From NCBI RefSeq assembly GCF_900232105.1, contig NZ_LT934425.1, forward strand, positions 180,001 through 212,000: a DNA stretch of 32,000 nucleotides. Direction: 5' to 3'. Below the pieces are notes generated by a model. It did not search any database and was not told where the DNA came from. It saw only the letters and a list, made by a program, of their open reading frames with translations. The translations under genes and the position numbers were made by a program. Below are positions 1 to 9,678 of this stretch, in pieces. How positions within the stretch are numbered: position 1 is the stretch's first letter; each line of letters opens with the position of its first letter. The DNA is from Candidatus Kuenenia stuttgartensis. Lineage in GTDB: Bacteria; Planctomycetota; Brocadiia; Brocadiales; Brocadiaceae.

Positions 1-531
1 TCGGCAACCCGCGGGCAATCCTCGTCACTTTAACGCCAAATGATTGTAATTGTTTATGTATATATACGGCGGTTATATCCCCTTCCATATTCAAATTAGT
101 GGCAAGTATCACCTCTTTAACGCTGCCGTCTTTTACTCTTTGCAAAAGTCTGCCAATAGTGAGTAAGTCGGGGTCAATACCCTCAAGGGGGGAAATATGT
201 CCCTGGAGTATATGATAATGACCATTATATTTGCCAGTTTTTTCAATGGTTAGTAAATCTGCGAACTGTTCAACAACGCAAATAATTGAACTATCCCTGC
301 GTAAATTACTACAAATATGGCATGGGCTATTTTCTGAGACGTTAAAGCAAACAGTACAGATTTTCATATATTTCTTTACATCGCGAATAGCATACGCCAG
401 CTTCATAGCATCGTCAACCGGCTGTTTTAAAACATAACAGGCTAACCGTTCTGCGGTCTTCTGCCCAATCCCTGGCATTTTCCCAAACTCACTAATAAGG
501 TTATTCACTGTTTGCGGATAAGTATTCAAAG
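1..531 (-). CDS. recR: Recombination protein RecR, 3' end beyond window edge
   Basis: Minus-strand reading gives LNTYPQTVNNLISEFGKMPGIGQKTAERLACYVLKQ...CTVCFNVSENSPCHICSNLRRDNSIICVVEQFADLLTIEKTGKYNGHYHILQGHISPLEGIDPD, which is RecR HhH, C4 zinc finger and Toprim. No ATG; start is probably TTG near 531. Lies directly after ybaB and dnaX, as in other bacteria. Confidence 0.9.
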
Positions 532-560
532 TACATACCTCTTTAAGATCAATGAACGAA

Positions 561-950
561 TCATCCTCCAAACATTCCTTGCATGCCTGGAATATTTAGC
601 CCACCGGTAAATTTTCCCATCTCGGATTGATATAATTCCTGAGATTTTTTCAACGCCTGGGAAACGGCGGAAAGGATAAGATCTTCCAGCATCTGAACAT
701 CTTCCGGGTCTACCACTTCCGGGTCAATTTTTATAGAAAGGATTTCCTGCTTCCCATTCATGTGTACCGTAATCATACCGCCGCCGGAGGTAGCCTCTAT
801 TACACGTTCTTTCAAATCCCTCTGTGCATCCTCCATCTGCTTTTGCATTTTTTGCGCCTGCTTCTGCATCTGTTTCATCATTTCTGTCATATTGCCAAAA
901 CCCTTCATGTCACCCCCCCTATCGGTTAACTTTAATAACACGACCGTCAA
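561..950 (-). CDS. ybaB: YbaB/EbfC family nucleoid-associated protein
   Basis: 129-aa ORF with [80 protein letters not shown]; between dnaX and recR. Confidence 0.92.
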   Translation of the reverse strand: MTVVLLKLTDRGGDMKGFGNMTEMMKQMQKQAQKMQKQMEDAQRDLKERVIEATSGGGMITVHMNGKQEILSIKIDPEVVDPEDVQMLEDLILSAVSQALKKSQELYQSEMGKFTGGLNIPGMQGMFGG

Positions 951-2592
951 ATAATTCTAACGTTTTTTTTACTGCCGGTTCTGAAAACACCGTATCGTTT
1001 ATTTGCTGTGCACCACCATTGTCCAAACTTTGGCTCTGTCTGTTCTCTTCCGGCTCTTCTTTTTCAGATAGTACAAGCTTCAGTTCCATAAACCCCGGCA
1101 CCACTTCTTTCGCACAATTTTCGATAAGTTTTTTTTCTTCCGGTTGCTCCAACCTTTCTTTCTGAAAAAGAAATTTTCTGGGAAATGCAACTACCAATAC
1201 TCCAGCATCGCTGCTTACCAGCCGGCCTTCCTTGAAAAACGCCCAGGTAGATTTTTTCTTTTTCTGAATGCTTTTAAGGATATCCCCCCATACCTCGTTT
1301 TTTTCCATTGCGATACCTGGAGTTATTTTTTCTTCTTTTGCAGGAGGTATCACGTCGCCTTCTTCTATTGATTTTTCCGACACTGTCTGCCGGGCAAACG
1401 ATTCTGCGGGAAGGAGAATAGCACTACCTCTCTTGCCAGGGATATTGTCAACTTGCTCCAGTTTTTCCTCTAATGTCGTTATGCGTTCAATAAGACCAGA
1501 CAATGCGTCGATAGATTCCATCCGGCACAGTTTTATAATGGCCATTTCCGCAGAAATCCGCTGCAGCAAAGAATCCGTTGAACGTATCCTCATCACGGAA
1601 AGCATTTGAATCATATACATCAGTGTATCGCCGGAAAATGATTTTTCAAAGCGCTGAATAAAAGACTCGTCATACTCCGCCCATACTGCTTCCTGGCCGC
1701 AGGACGAAAACACCAAAAGATCTCTTAACCGCAGAAGCAACTGATCAATAAACTCCGCCGGAGTCTTTCCCTCATTCAGAATATCATCCACAATTCTCAG
1801 CGCACCTGAAGTATCTTTGTTCACAAAACACTCAAACATACTATAAATCTTATCATCATCAATATACCCCAGCACATAATTTACATCCGCCGAAGTTACG
1901 TTGTCATCGCAGAAAGAAAAGAGTTGATCAAGCACAGATTGTGAATCCCTTAATCCTCCCTTTGCATATTTTGCAATCGTATGGAGTGCAGCAGACTCTA
2001 TTTGTTTCCCTTCCGTTTTGCATATTTCCAAAAGGTGTTTTTCAATATCATTAACGGAAATATTCTTAAAGTCAAACCGTTGGCACCGTGATTGAACTGT
2101 TTCAGGAAGACGGTTTGCCGCAGTTGTCGCAAATATAAACTTAACATGAGCTGGTGGTTCTTCGAGGGTTTTAAGAAGGGCATTAAATGCTTCACGGGTA
2201 AGCATGTGTACTTCATCAATAATATAAATTCTATACCGCGCTCTCGATGGGGCAAATCCTACATTTTGGCGTATATTTCTTATCTCATCAATTCCACGGT
2301 TTGAGGCGCCATCAATTTCCAGAACGTCTATGTCGCTTCCTTCGGAAATGCTCTGGCAGATATCGCATACGTTGCAGGGGGTGTCAGTAGGACCATTAAC
2401 ACAATTTAACGCCTTTGACAGTATACGCGCCGTGGAGGTCTTGCCTACGCCCCTCGGACCAGCAAACAGATAAGCATGGGCTACCCTGTCTGTACGTATT
2501 GCATTTCCAAGGGTTTTTACTATAGGCGCTTGCCCTACTATGTCGCTAAAGGTTTGAGGTCGGTATCTACGGGCTAATACTACATAAGACAT
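919..2592 (-). CDS. dnaX: DNA polymerase III subunit gamma/tau
   Basis: 557 aa; [21 protein letters not shown], Walker [21 protein letters not shown], zinc-binding [29 protein letters not shown]. Confidence 0.97.
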   Translation of the reverse strand: MSYVVLARRYRPQTFSDIVGQAPIVKTLGNAIRTDRVAHAYLFAGPRGVGKTSTARILSKALNCVNGPTDTPCNVCDICQSISEGSDIDVLEIDGASNRGIDEIRNIRQNVGFAPSRARYRIYIIDEVHMLTREAFNALLKTLEEPPAHVKFIFATTAANRLPETVQSRCQRFDFKNISVNDIEKHLLEICKTEGKQIESAALHTIAKYAKGGLRDSQSVLDQLFSFCDDNVTSADVNYVLGYIDDDKIYSMFECFVNKDTSGALRIVDDILNEGKTPAEFIDQLLLRLRDLLVFSSCGQEAVWAEYDESFIQRFEKSFSGDTLMYMIQMLSVMRIRSTDSLLQRISAEMAIIKLCRMESIDALSGLIERITTLEEKLEQVDNIPGKRGSAILLPAESFARQTVSEKSIEEGDVIPPAKEEKITPGIAMEKNEVWGDILKSIQKKKKSTWAFFKEGRLVSSDAGVLVVAFPRKFLFQKERLEQPEEKKLIENCAKEVVPGFMELKLVLSEKEEPEENRQSQSLDNGGAQQINDTVFSEPAVKKTLELFDGRVIKVNR

Positions 2593-2900
2593 TTAAAAAT
2601 CACCTACATTCCTTTTCAACCATAGAGTTTTTTAACACACTTAAGTAACTTCTCAATAAGTTGCGGAAATGAAGCCATACGTTGGTAGTGGGTAGTGATA
2701 GTTGATAGCCACAATTGGTAGTAAAAAATTTAAAAACAGGGAAATCTTTAAATTTTTTACCAGAATAATTCTACAACTATCAACTACCAATTGAGAAGTT
2801 ACAACCGTTACTTCTACTTCAAAATTGGTGTAAGCAATTTATGCTTTTATATTATCAGAATCTATCGATAAAAACCACCACATAAAAGGTTTTATAAACG

Positions 2901-3168
2901 GCCGTGCACTTTTTTCGTGCCCCCTTCTGTTAGTTTACCAATGCAGTTAGCTCAGGCCAGACTAACTCACGGCACATGAGGACAAGTGTTTATGGCTGCT
3001 TGCTTCCGCATCTGACCAGATTCGCATCGTCTCCCATTGCATGAGATCCAACCTTCATCACCACTTACATTGACAAAGATAACAGTCGTGAGCCCTCAGA
3101 AAAGCGATCAATCCTGCTATAGCGGGTTGCAGGTTACAGGGTACCGCTAGCTCCCCATCTAGCACGGC
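2901..3168 (-). ncRNA. ffs: Bacterial large-type signal recognition particle RNA
   Basis: Minus strand has the SRP core GGTCAGATGCGGAAGCAAGCAGCC and an Alu-domain-like 5' part GGTACCCTGTAACCTGCAACCCGCTATAGCAGG. Terminal complementarity GCCGTGC/GCACGGC (2901-2907 with 3162-3168). Sits between dnaX and tadA. Confidence 0.85.
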
Positions 3169-3182
3169 CAATTTTTCAATGA

Positions 3183-3275
3183 TGGCGGAGAGGGCGGGAG
3201 TCGAACCCGCGATACCGTTTTAAGCGGTATACGCGCTTTCCAAGCGCGCTCATTCGGCCACTCTGACACCTCTCC
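3183..3275 (-). tRNA. tRNA-Ser(GGA), CCA encoded
   Basis: GGAGAGGTGTCAGAGTGGCCGAATGAGCGCGCTTGGAAAGCGCGTATACC...CGGGTTCGACTCCCGCCCTCTCCGCCA: cloverleaf with long variable arm and GGA anticodon. Confidence 0.93.
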
Positions 3276-3377
3276 ATCTTTAATCTTCCAGTGCTATTCA
3301 TTTAAAAAATAAACGATTATTTCAGTCACCCTTCATCACTACTTGCAATAAAACGTTACCACATTTTCCGTTTTTGA

Positions 3378-3467
3378 TGGCGGAGAGGGTGGGATTCGAA
3401 CCCACGTTCCGCAATCGCGGAAAACGGTTTTCGAGACCGTCCCGTTCAACCGCTCCGGCACCTCTCC
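3378..3467 (-). tRNA. tRNA-Ser(CGA), CCA encoded
   Basis: GGAGAGGTGCCGGAGCGGTTGAACGGGACGGTCTCGAAAACCGTTTTCCGC...GTGGGTTCGAATCCCACCCTCTCCGCCA: long variable arm and CGA anticodon. Confidence 0.93.
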
Positions 3468-3599
3468 GGCTTTTCACTATAAAAAAACTGTAACTATTGA
3501 AAAAATCAAATGTAGAAACGCATTGCATGCGCCTCTGCAGAAATATTGAAATTCCTAAACTGGTATATCCAGAACCAAGCAAGAAAGAAATAAATAAAT

Positions 3600-3755
3600 A
3601 CGAAATTCGAAGTACGAAACAAATCCGAATAACAAAGCATAAAATTCAAAACAAATTCAAAACATACAACAATGTGAAGCGCGAAATACGAGAGACAAAA
3701 AAGGCTTTTGTTTAGAATTTCAAATCATTTTGTCATTAGAATTTGTTTCGGATTT
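3600..3755 (+). repeat. Dispersed AT-rich intergenic repeat, copy 1
   Basis: CGAAATTCGAAGTACGAAACAAATCCGAATAACAAAGCATAAAATTCAAAAC...TTTGTTTAGAATTTCAAATCATTTTGTCATTAGAATTTGTTTCG; highly similar to reverse complement of 15986-16141. Confidence 0.85.
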
Positions 3756-3857
3756 CGGATTTTACAGTTACCGGATTTCACCATTAAATATTTTGCCAAA
3801 AAGCACGCACTGACGAATGGAAGTGTGCAAAGAAATTATTGCTAAGGTACTAAACAT

Positions 3858-4355
3858 TTACTTAATGCGGCAATTCTCTAAAAAAAATCTCTTTAATATA
3901 TCCCTGCATTCATCAGCAAGGATATCGGGTATTACTTCCAAACGGTGATTCAACTTAGTATTTTGGACAAGATTCATGACAGACACGCAAGCGCCCGCTT
4001 TTTTATCAACAGCCCCATACACAAGCTTATCAATCCTTGACTGCACCAAGGCACCGGCACACATTACGCAGGGTTCCAGAGTTACATAGATAGTAGACCC
4101 GGTTAGTCGCCAATTTTGCAAATACTCCGCCCCTTGGGTTATCGCTATCATTTCCGCATGGGCTGTCGGGTCTTTAAGCATTTCCCTTTGGTTATGCGCA
4201 CGGGCAATAATCCGGTTATCATATACAATTACGGCGCCTACCGGAACTTCATTAATATCCGCAGCCTTTTCCGCTTCTTTAATCGCTTGCCGCATAAAAT
4301 ACTCATGATTACTGCTTGCGCTTTCCATACCCATTGCCTTATTTAATACTATCAT
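3858..4355 (-). CDS. tadA: tRNA-specific adenosine deaminase
   Basis: 165 aa with HAEMIAI and PCVMCAGA zinc/catalytic motifs, N-terminal YFMRQAIKEAEKAADINEVPVGAVIV. Confidence 0.93.
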   Translation of the reverse strand: MIVLNKAMGMESASSNHEYFMRQAIKEAEKAADINEVPVGAVIVYDNRIIARAHNQREMLKDPTAHAEMIAITQGAEYLQNWRLTGSTIYVTLEPCVMCAGALVQSRIDKLVYGAVDKKAGACVSVMNLVQNTKLNHRLEVIPDILADECRDILKRFFLENCRIK

Positions 4356-4660
4356 ATTATCCTTGTAAAAACGCTTTTGTAGGAGGAGGCACGTTACAAC
4401 ATGCCCTTACAATGTCCGTCGTGTTCTCTGTGTGTTTCGTAATTAAAATCTTTTTGGTTGCGGCTATGCTGCGTTGTGAGATAGGTATAAAATCTCAATC
4501 TTGGTATTGTTAAGAAAATAATATATATCCGCGCTCTTTAATTTATGAATCAATTCCGATGCCGTTCATCTATGATAAAACACCTCAGCTTATTTGGTAT
4601 GCATTTTATGGGGCAAAACACAAACGGGTATAGAAAAGACTATCGCTCGTTAAGTAAAAA

Positions 4661-4734
4661 CGCGCCCAGGAGGACTTGAACCTCCAACCTCCGGATTCGT
4701 AGTCCGTGACTCTATCCAATTGAGCTATGGGCGC
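4661..4734 (-). tRNA. tRNA-Arg(ACG)
   Basis: GCGCCCATAGCTCAATTGGATAGAGTCACGGACTACGAATCCGGAGGTTGGAGGTTCAAGTCCTCCTGGGCGCG, anticodon ACG. Confidence 0.93.
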
Positions 4735-5148
4735 AAAATCTTAAAGGCTTAAAAAAACTGCAACAATATCGTTTGCGATATTTACAGCATTTACATCAAA
4801 ATCGTGAGTGTTTTGAGCCAAATGGCTGTAAGTTTTATATTCGAATGTTTTGTCAAGTTTGTCGTATTTAGTAAATAACGTATGGTTTGGAAATTTTATA
4901 AGAAACGTTCGTTTTAGTCAAGAAGCATTTCAACAAGCTTGAAAGTCAAAAGGGAGCTATTTACCGTTGGAAAAGCAATAGTAGAGATACTGTAGAATTA
5001 GAAAAGATTTTATAATCCTACATTTTTAGAAGTACGATTTTTTAAATCTAAAATCTAGAATCGTAAATTCAAAAAGGAGGTTTTGCAGGCAGCAATAAAC
5101 GTTGAAAATCAGGCAGAACAATGATAGGATTCTAAACAGGAGACTAAA

Positions 5149-5334
5149 ATGCCAATAACCAAAGAACTCAGTAATATCAGAAAGTTAGAAGCGGTCGGAT
5201 TCCCGCACGAACAAGCCGAGGTGCTTACGGACATAATAGAGGAATCCCACGTTGACGGACAGCAGAGTTTAAAAGACTTTATCAGCAGAATGCCTAGCGC
5301 GGCCTTTGGCCGCAACCAAAAAGGTGATTTTTAG
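5149..5334 (+). pseudogene. N-terminal part of a small coiled-coil protein (DUF1640-like)
   Basis: MPITKELSNIRKLEAVGFPHEQAEVLTDIIEESHVDGQQSLKDFI, then a non-family-like tail and a stop. The matching coiled-coil plus TM C-terminus is found at 6993-7202. Confidence 0.5.
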
Positions 5335-5397
5335 TTTATTATAAAGTATAGTAGTATCCTCGTAAATAGTAATCAGACAATTTGGAGGACACTACTT

Positions 5398-6954
5398 ATG
5401 AATAAGTTGATGGAATTATATCGAGACAGGATCGTGGGTGCAATAAGCGGTCTGGACAGGATTCGTTTTCGCGGGACATTGCGGTGGTTGGCCAGTGAGC
5501 GTGGGATGGGAACATTCATGAACCAAGCGAGAATTCTGCTTAAGGATTTTTCCGGTTGGGTCAATGGGCTTACGGCACAGGTGCGAGACAGTTGTGAATC
5601 GCGGGCGAAAGATTTGGGTATCGAGGTGCGGTATTTGATGAGCAGCGGTGTTGATAAGGAGAAGTTGGCTCGCCAGATCGCGGCGGATAAGAGGATTACG
5701 GAAGGTTCCATCTGCCTGTTGAGTGTGGTAGAGCCTTGTATTGCGCCGATGGTCAAGGGCAACAAGGCCAGCAAGAAGCTCGAGTTGGTAATGGCGCCCC
5801 GCAAGTGTGTCTTTGTGTATCATTATTTTAACGATCCAGTGTTTGGTTTTGGTCATGTTCGTATCCAGAGTTGGGCGCCGTTTAATATTTTCATTTGTCT
5901 CAATGGTCGTCATTGGCTGGAGCGGCAACTTCAGAAGCAAGGTATTGATTATGTTAAGGACGGCAACTGTTTTGTGCGTATAGAGGATATTGCGGCTGCG
6001 CAGGTTCTGCTCCATGAGCAGCTTAAGACTGACTGGGCGAAGCTGCTGAACGGGCTTGCGTTGGGCAGTTGCCCGGCATTGTCGCAGATTCTTCGTCCGT
6101 TGGAACCGGAGTATTACTGGTCTGCGGATGAGACGGAGTGGGCGACGGACATCATGTTTAAATCGGTTGAGGCATTGGAGGAGTTGTTTCCATCGTTTGT
6201 TCATCATGCGATGCGGGTTTGCGACAGTTCTTCGGTGATGAAGTATTTGGGTAGGCGTAACCTTGCAGGCGCTGCCCCTGATGAGGTTATCAGCGACTAT
6301 CGAAGACGCTATGAAGGTATACGGGTCAAGCACAGTGTGAATTATAATTCAGTGAAGATGTATAACAAGAGCGGTAGTCTCTTGCGTATTGAGACAACGA
6401 TCAATAATACGCGGGACTTTAAGGTCTTTCGGAGTCCCAATGATGATGAAGGCAAACCGGCGTCATGGCAGAAGATGCGTAAGGGCGTAAGCGATCTTCA
6501 TCGACGGTGTGAGGTGAGCCAACAATGCAATGATCGTTATGGGGATGCTTTGGCGGCGGCTCAGGTAGAGGAGAAACTGAAAGAAGTGGTGAGCAGCGCT
6601 TGTAACAAGGTTGTCAAAGAGGGCAAGAGGTATCGAGGTTTGAATCCCTGGCAGCAGGATGATTACCAGATGCTGATGTTCCTGTCCAAAGGCGAAAACG
6701 CGATAAATGGATTCCGCAACCATGATTTGCGTAAGTGGCTTTACCGGGAATCCGAACAATCCGGCAAGGATCAGCAAAAGAAATATTCCGGACGAACGAC
6801 CCGACGGATAAAGATGCTGCGGGCACACGGTCTAATCCGCAAAGTTCCGAGGGCCAACCGCTATGTTTTGACGGAGAAAGGCCAGAAGTTCTCTTGTTCA
6901 CTGATGACCGCTTCAGCCCTTGATATTAAAGCACTTACGGAAATGGCGGCATGA
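5398..6954 (+). CDS. 518-aa uncharacterised protein, possibly encoded by a mobile unit
   Basis: Long intact ORF with an SD-like GGAGG upstream (MNKLMELYRDRIVGAISGLDRIRFRGTLRWLASERGMG...). Long antisense ORFs on the same DNA are rejected. C-terminus looks winged-helix-like (RRIKMLRAHGLIRKVPRANRYVLTEKG). Confidence 0.75.
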   Translation: MNKLMELYRDRIVGAISGLDRIRFRGTLRWLASERGMGTFMNQARILLKDFSGWVNGLTAQVRDSCESRAKDLGIEVRYLMSSGVDKEKLARQIAADKRITEGSICLLSVVEPCIAPMVKGNKASKKLELVMAPRKCVFVYHYFNDPVFGFGHVRIQSWAPFNIFICLNGRHWLERQLQKQGIDYVKDGNCFVRIEDIAAAQVLLHEQLKTDWAKLLNGLALGSCPALSQILRPLEPEYYWSADETEWATDIMFKSVEALEELFPSFVHHAMRVCDSSSVMKYLGRRNLAGAAPDEVISDYRRRYEGIRVKHSVNYNSVKMYNKSGSLLRIETTINNTRDFKVFRSPNDDEGKPASWQKMRKGVSDLHRRCEVSQQCNDRYGDALAAAQVEEKLKEVVSSACNKVVKEGKRYRGLNPWQQDDYQMLMFLSKGENAINGFRNHDLRKWLYRESEQSGKDQQKKYSGRTTRRIKMLRAHGLIRKVPRANRYVLTEKGQKFSCSLMTASALDIKALTEMAA

Positions 6955-6992
6955 AAAACACGCATAAAAAACAAGAAATTGATGGATAGTAG

Positions 6993-7202
6993 TACGAAGA
7001 CACAAACAGGCAATTCGACGAGATTAATAAAAGATTCGACGGCGTTAATAAACAATTCGATGAGTTTCGCAAAGAAATGCACACAGAAATGACTACTTTG
7101 GAATGGCGCATAAAAGCCTCACACTCCGATCTTCTAATGAAAATATTCGCTATCGTCGCAGGCTGCACGAGCATTGCAGTTGCAGTCGCAAAGATATTTT
7201 AA
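6993..7202 (+). pseudogene. C-terminal remnant of the DUF1640-like coiled-coil protein
   Basis: Frame reads YEDTNRQFDEINKRFDGVNKQFDEFRKEMHTEMTTLEWRIKASHSDLLMKIFAIVAGCTSIAVAVAKIF*: heptad repeats then a TM helix, with no long upstream frame of its own (TAG TAG just before). Confidence 0.55.
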
Positions 7203-7300
7203 TATCTCTCCCATTGTGTTATAAACTTCGAAAATCAGGCAGAACAATGATAATATTCTAAAACTAAAGGGATTTGTCCACAACGAAAACATCTACCTAG

Positions 7301-9304
7301 CGTGAGTTTATCACGAAATAAGGTGTAAGACAAAGACATCAAGTTGCAATCCAATGATTTGTATCGGGTTGCGACTTTTTTTGTCTAAAAAATTATGTAT
7401 ACACTGAATAATACTATATTTATATTGCATTATATGCCTGTATATACTATTATACACGGAGTATTAATCTATTACGTATACACTAACAACTAATAGCCAT
7501 GGCTACCATTCAATCTAAAAACTCCAGAGGTTATAAATATTGGTATATTGTCGAATCGCGGCGCGTTAACGGCAAGCCCAGGCCCATCGTCCTGGCCTAT
7601 CTTGGCAAGGCAGACGATTTATTAAAACAACTGCAAGGTCTTACCGAAAAATTACGGCTCAAATCTTATTCACATGGCGCGGTAGCCGCATTGCTAAGTG
7701 TGGCCAATGCCCTGGACGTCCCTTCCGTGATTAATAAATATATAAAGTCGCCACGGCAGTATTGTGCTAAAAAACCTGTTCGAAATAATCTGACCGCCGG
7801 AAGTACCCTCTTGTTGGGTGCCGTGGGGAGAGTGTGTGTGCCTACCAGCAAAAGAGGATGGTGGGATTGGGCAAAGACGACTACTGCCGAATACTTACTC
7901 AGACACAGCTTGAGTAAAATAGACAGTCAGCATTTCTGGGATTTGATGGATGCACTTCCTGAAGAATCCATTGCAGAAATCGAGCGCGAATTAATTGAAA
8001 AGACATTTAAAACATACAACCTTCAAAGCGACACACTGTTTTTTGATACAACCAATTTTTTCACGTATATCGACACAACTAATCTGCGATGCACTATTGC
8101 CCGGCGGGGGAAAAACAAACAAAAGCGATACGATCTCAGGCAGGTCGGGTTGGCGATGGTCGTTACACGTAACGACATGATACCGTTGTTTCACCATACC
8201 TATCAGGGGAACATGGCGGATGCAAAGGTGTTCAGCGCGGTTCTTGAGACGATAAAAGACAGGATGACCGGATTAGGTTTCGACAGCAAAAAGCACACTA
8301 TTGTTTTTGATCGTGGAAACAATTCCATGGACAATATGGCTATTGTAGAGAGATTGGCATTGCATTACGTTGGAGCGCTTACACCGTATCATCACAAGCA
8401 GTTGGTAGGGGATGCCATGTGTAATTTCAGGGAATATGACGTTGACGGCAGTAAGATACAGGTGTACCATGACAAACGGGTTATTTGGGGGCAGGAAAGA
8501 ACCGTTGTCGTATTTATTTCCGAGAAATTAAAGGTTGGGCAATTAAGGGGAATGTCTCAGTCTCTGGAAAAGGCAGAACATCAGTTAAAGCTCTTACAGC
8601 AGCATCTGTGTAATCCAAAGGGAAAGATGCGGGACAAAGAGGGTCTGGAGGATACGATAAGAAGTGTAGTGAAATGTCAATTTGCGAAGGATGTTATCGA
8701 TTGGTCGTTAAAAGAGGTATCTGAAGGCAAGTTTCAATTGAATTTTTCAATCGACCAGAAAAAGCTCGAAGAAATAGAAGGGGAACTGGGGTTCAGGATT
8801 CTTATGACAGACCATCACGATTGGGATACCGCGGACATTATAAAAGCCTACTATGGGCAATCAAAAATTGAACATGCCTTTAGAAATCTCAAGAACCCCT
8901 ATCACCTTGCTTTAAAACCGCAATTTCACTGGACGGATCAGAAAATCAGGGTGCATTTTTTTATTTGCGTCCTCGGATACCTAATGGCGGCGATTGTGTG
9001 GTATCAGGCAAAAGCGCACGCACAATTTAGTGGAACGTTAGATACCCTGTTAGACACCCTTAATAATATAAGGCTTTCTGCTATGCTTGAAGAAACAAAG
9101 GCCAGAGGGAGAGTTAAGGCTACCTACAAATTGGAAGAAATGTCCGACAAGGAATCTCTGTTGATGAATGCGTTAGGCATTATGGATTTCCACAAACATC
9201 GGCTGAAACTTCAAGGACTCAGTGTATACAATTGATGTTGTGCTTAACGCATTGACTGTATTTATGTTACGTTGCTTCATGCCTTATTTTGTGATAAACT
9301 CACG
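7301..9304 (+). mobile_element. Complete insertion sequence, IS1634-like
   Basis: Terminal inverted repeats CGTGAGTTTATCACGAAATAAGG (7301-7323) and CCTTATTTTGTGATAAACTCACG (9282-9304), 1 mismatch in 23, flanked by direct CTAG (7297-7300 and 9305-9308), with one full-length transposase ORF. Confidence 0.88.
7499..9235 (+). CDS. DDE transposase, IS1634-like
   Basis: 578 aa: YWYIVESRRVNGKPRPIVLAYLG...DTLFFDTTNFFTY...HTIVFDRGNNSMDNM...IKAYYGQSKIEHAFRNLKNPYHLALKP...RVHFFICVLGYLM. Confidence 0.9.
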   Translation: MATIQSKNSRGYKYWYIVESRRVNGKPRPIVLAYLGKADDLLKQLQGLTEKLRLKSYSHGAVAALLSVANALDVPSVINKYIKSPRQYCAKKPVRNNLTAGSTLLLGAVGRVCVPTSKRGWWDWAKTTTAEYLLRHSLSKIDSQHFWDLMDALPEESIAEIERELIEKTFKTYNLQSDTLFFDTTNFFTYIDTTNLRCTIARRGKNKQKRYDLRQVGLAMVVTRNDMIPLFHHTYQGNMADAKVFSAVLETIKDRMTGLGFDSKKHTIVFDRGNNSMDNMAIVERLALHYVGALTPYHHKQLVGDAMCNFREYDVDGSKIQVYHDKRVIWGQERTVVVFISEKLKVGQLRGMSQSLEKAEHQLKLLQQHLCNPKGKMRDKEGLEDTIRSVVKCQFAKDVIDWSLKEVSEGKFQLNFSIDQKKLEEIEGELGFRILMTDHHDWDTADIIKAYYGQSKIEHAFRNLKNPYHLALKPQFHWTDQKIRVHFFICVLGYLMAAIVWYQAKAHAQFSGTLDTLLDTLNNIRLSAMLEETKARGRVKATYKLEEMSDKESLLMNALGIMDFHKHRLKLQGLSVYN

Positions 9305-9450
9305 CTAGCGCTTCGGATAAAGGCTTATCAAGCCGACCCACTTATACAGTTTTCAGCGATAGTTGCTGGCTTTATCAGCACAACCCACGCAATTGCAAAA
9401 TTTTGTAACCGTTTAGTTTATGTGGTAGGTCAGAATAGAGAAAATTACCC

Positions 9451-9678
9451 ATGCAAATAAATTTAAAGCTATTTTTTAATGAGGAACAAGAAGATTGGGC
9501 GAAATTAACACCTGAACAGAGATACATTGAAAGCTCTAAACTTTGGCCGATATATTTAGAACTTGGAGGGAGTTTTGATCCAGAACCCGATTCACAAAGC
9601 CCTTTTGACTTTCCAGAATTGCAGCGTTCGATACCTGCTTATGGGAGGCCAGGCGTGCATTTTATACGGCGGATCTGA
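9451..9678 (+). CDS. Small hypothetical protein overlapping the nucleotidyltransferase-like ORF
   Basis: 75 aa, MQINLKLFFNEEQEDWAKLTPEQRYIESSKLWPIYLELGGSFDPEPDSQSPFDF...; overlaps the next ORF by about 115 nt, so its 3' boundary is uncertain. Confidence 0.45.
   Translation: MQINLKLFFNEEQEDWAKLTPEQRYIESSKLWPIYLELGGSFDPEPDSQSPFDFPELQRSIPAYGRPGVHFIRRI

Noticed and set aside
1245-1270. Possible programmed frameshift in dnaX at AAAAAGAAAAAA
   Set aside because: The A-rich run encodes QKKKK far into the tau-specific region; no clear slippery heptamer plus structure was established by eye, and the full-length frame is intact.
5416-6333. 305-aa minus-strand ORF inside 5398-6954
   Set aside because: Antisense shadow of the longer plus-strand ORF, which has an SD-like site; low-complexity composition and no recognisable motif.
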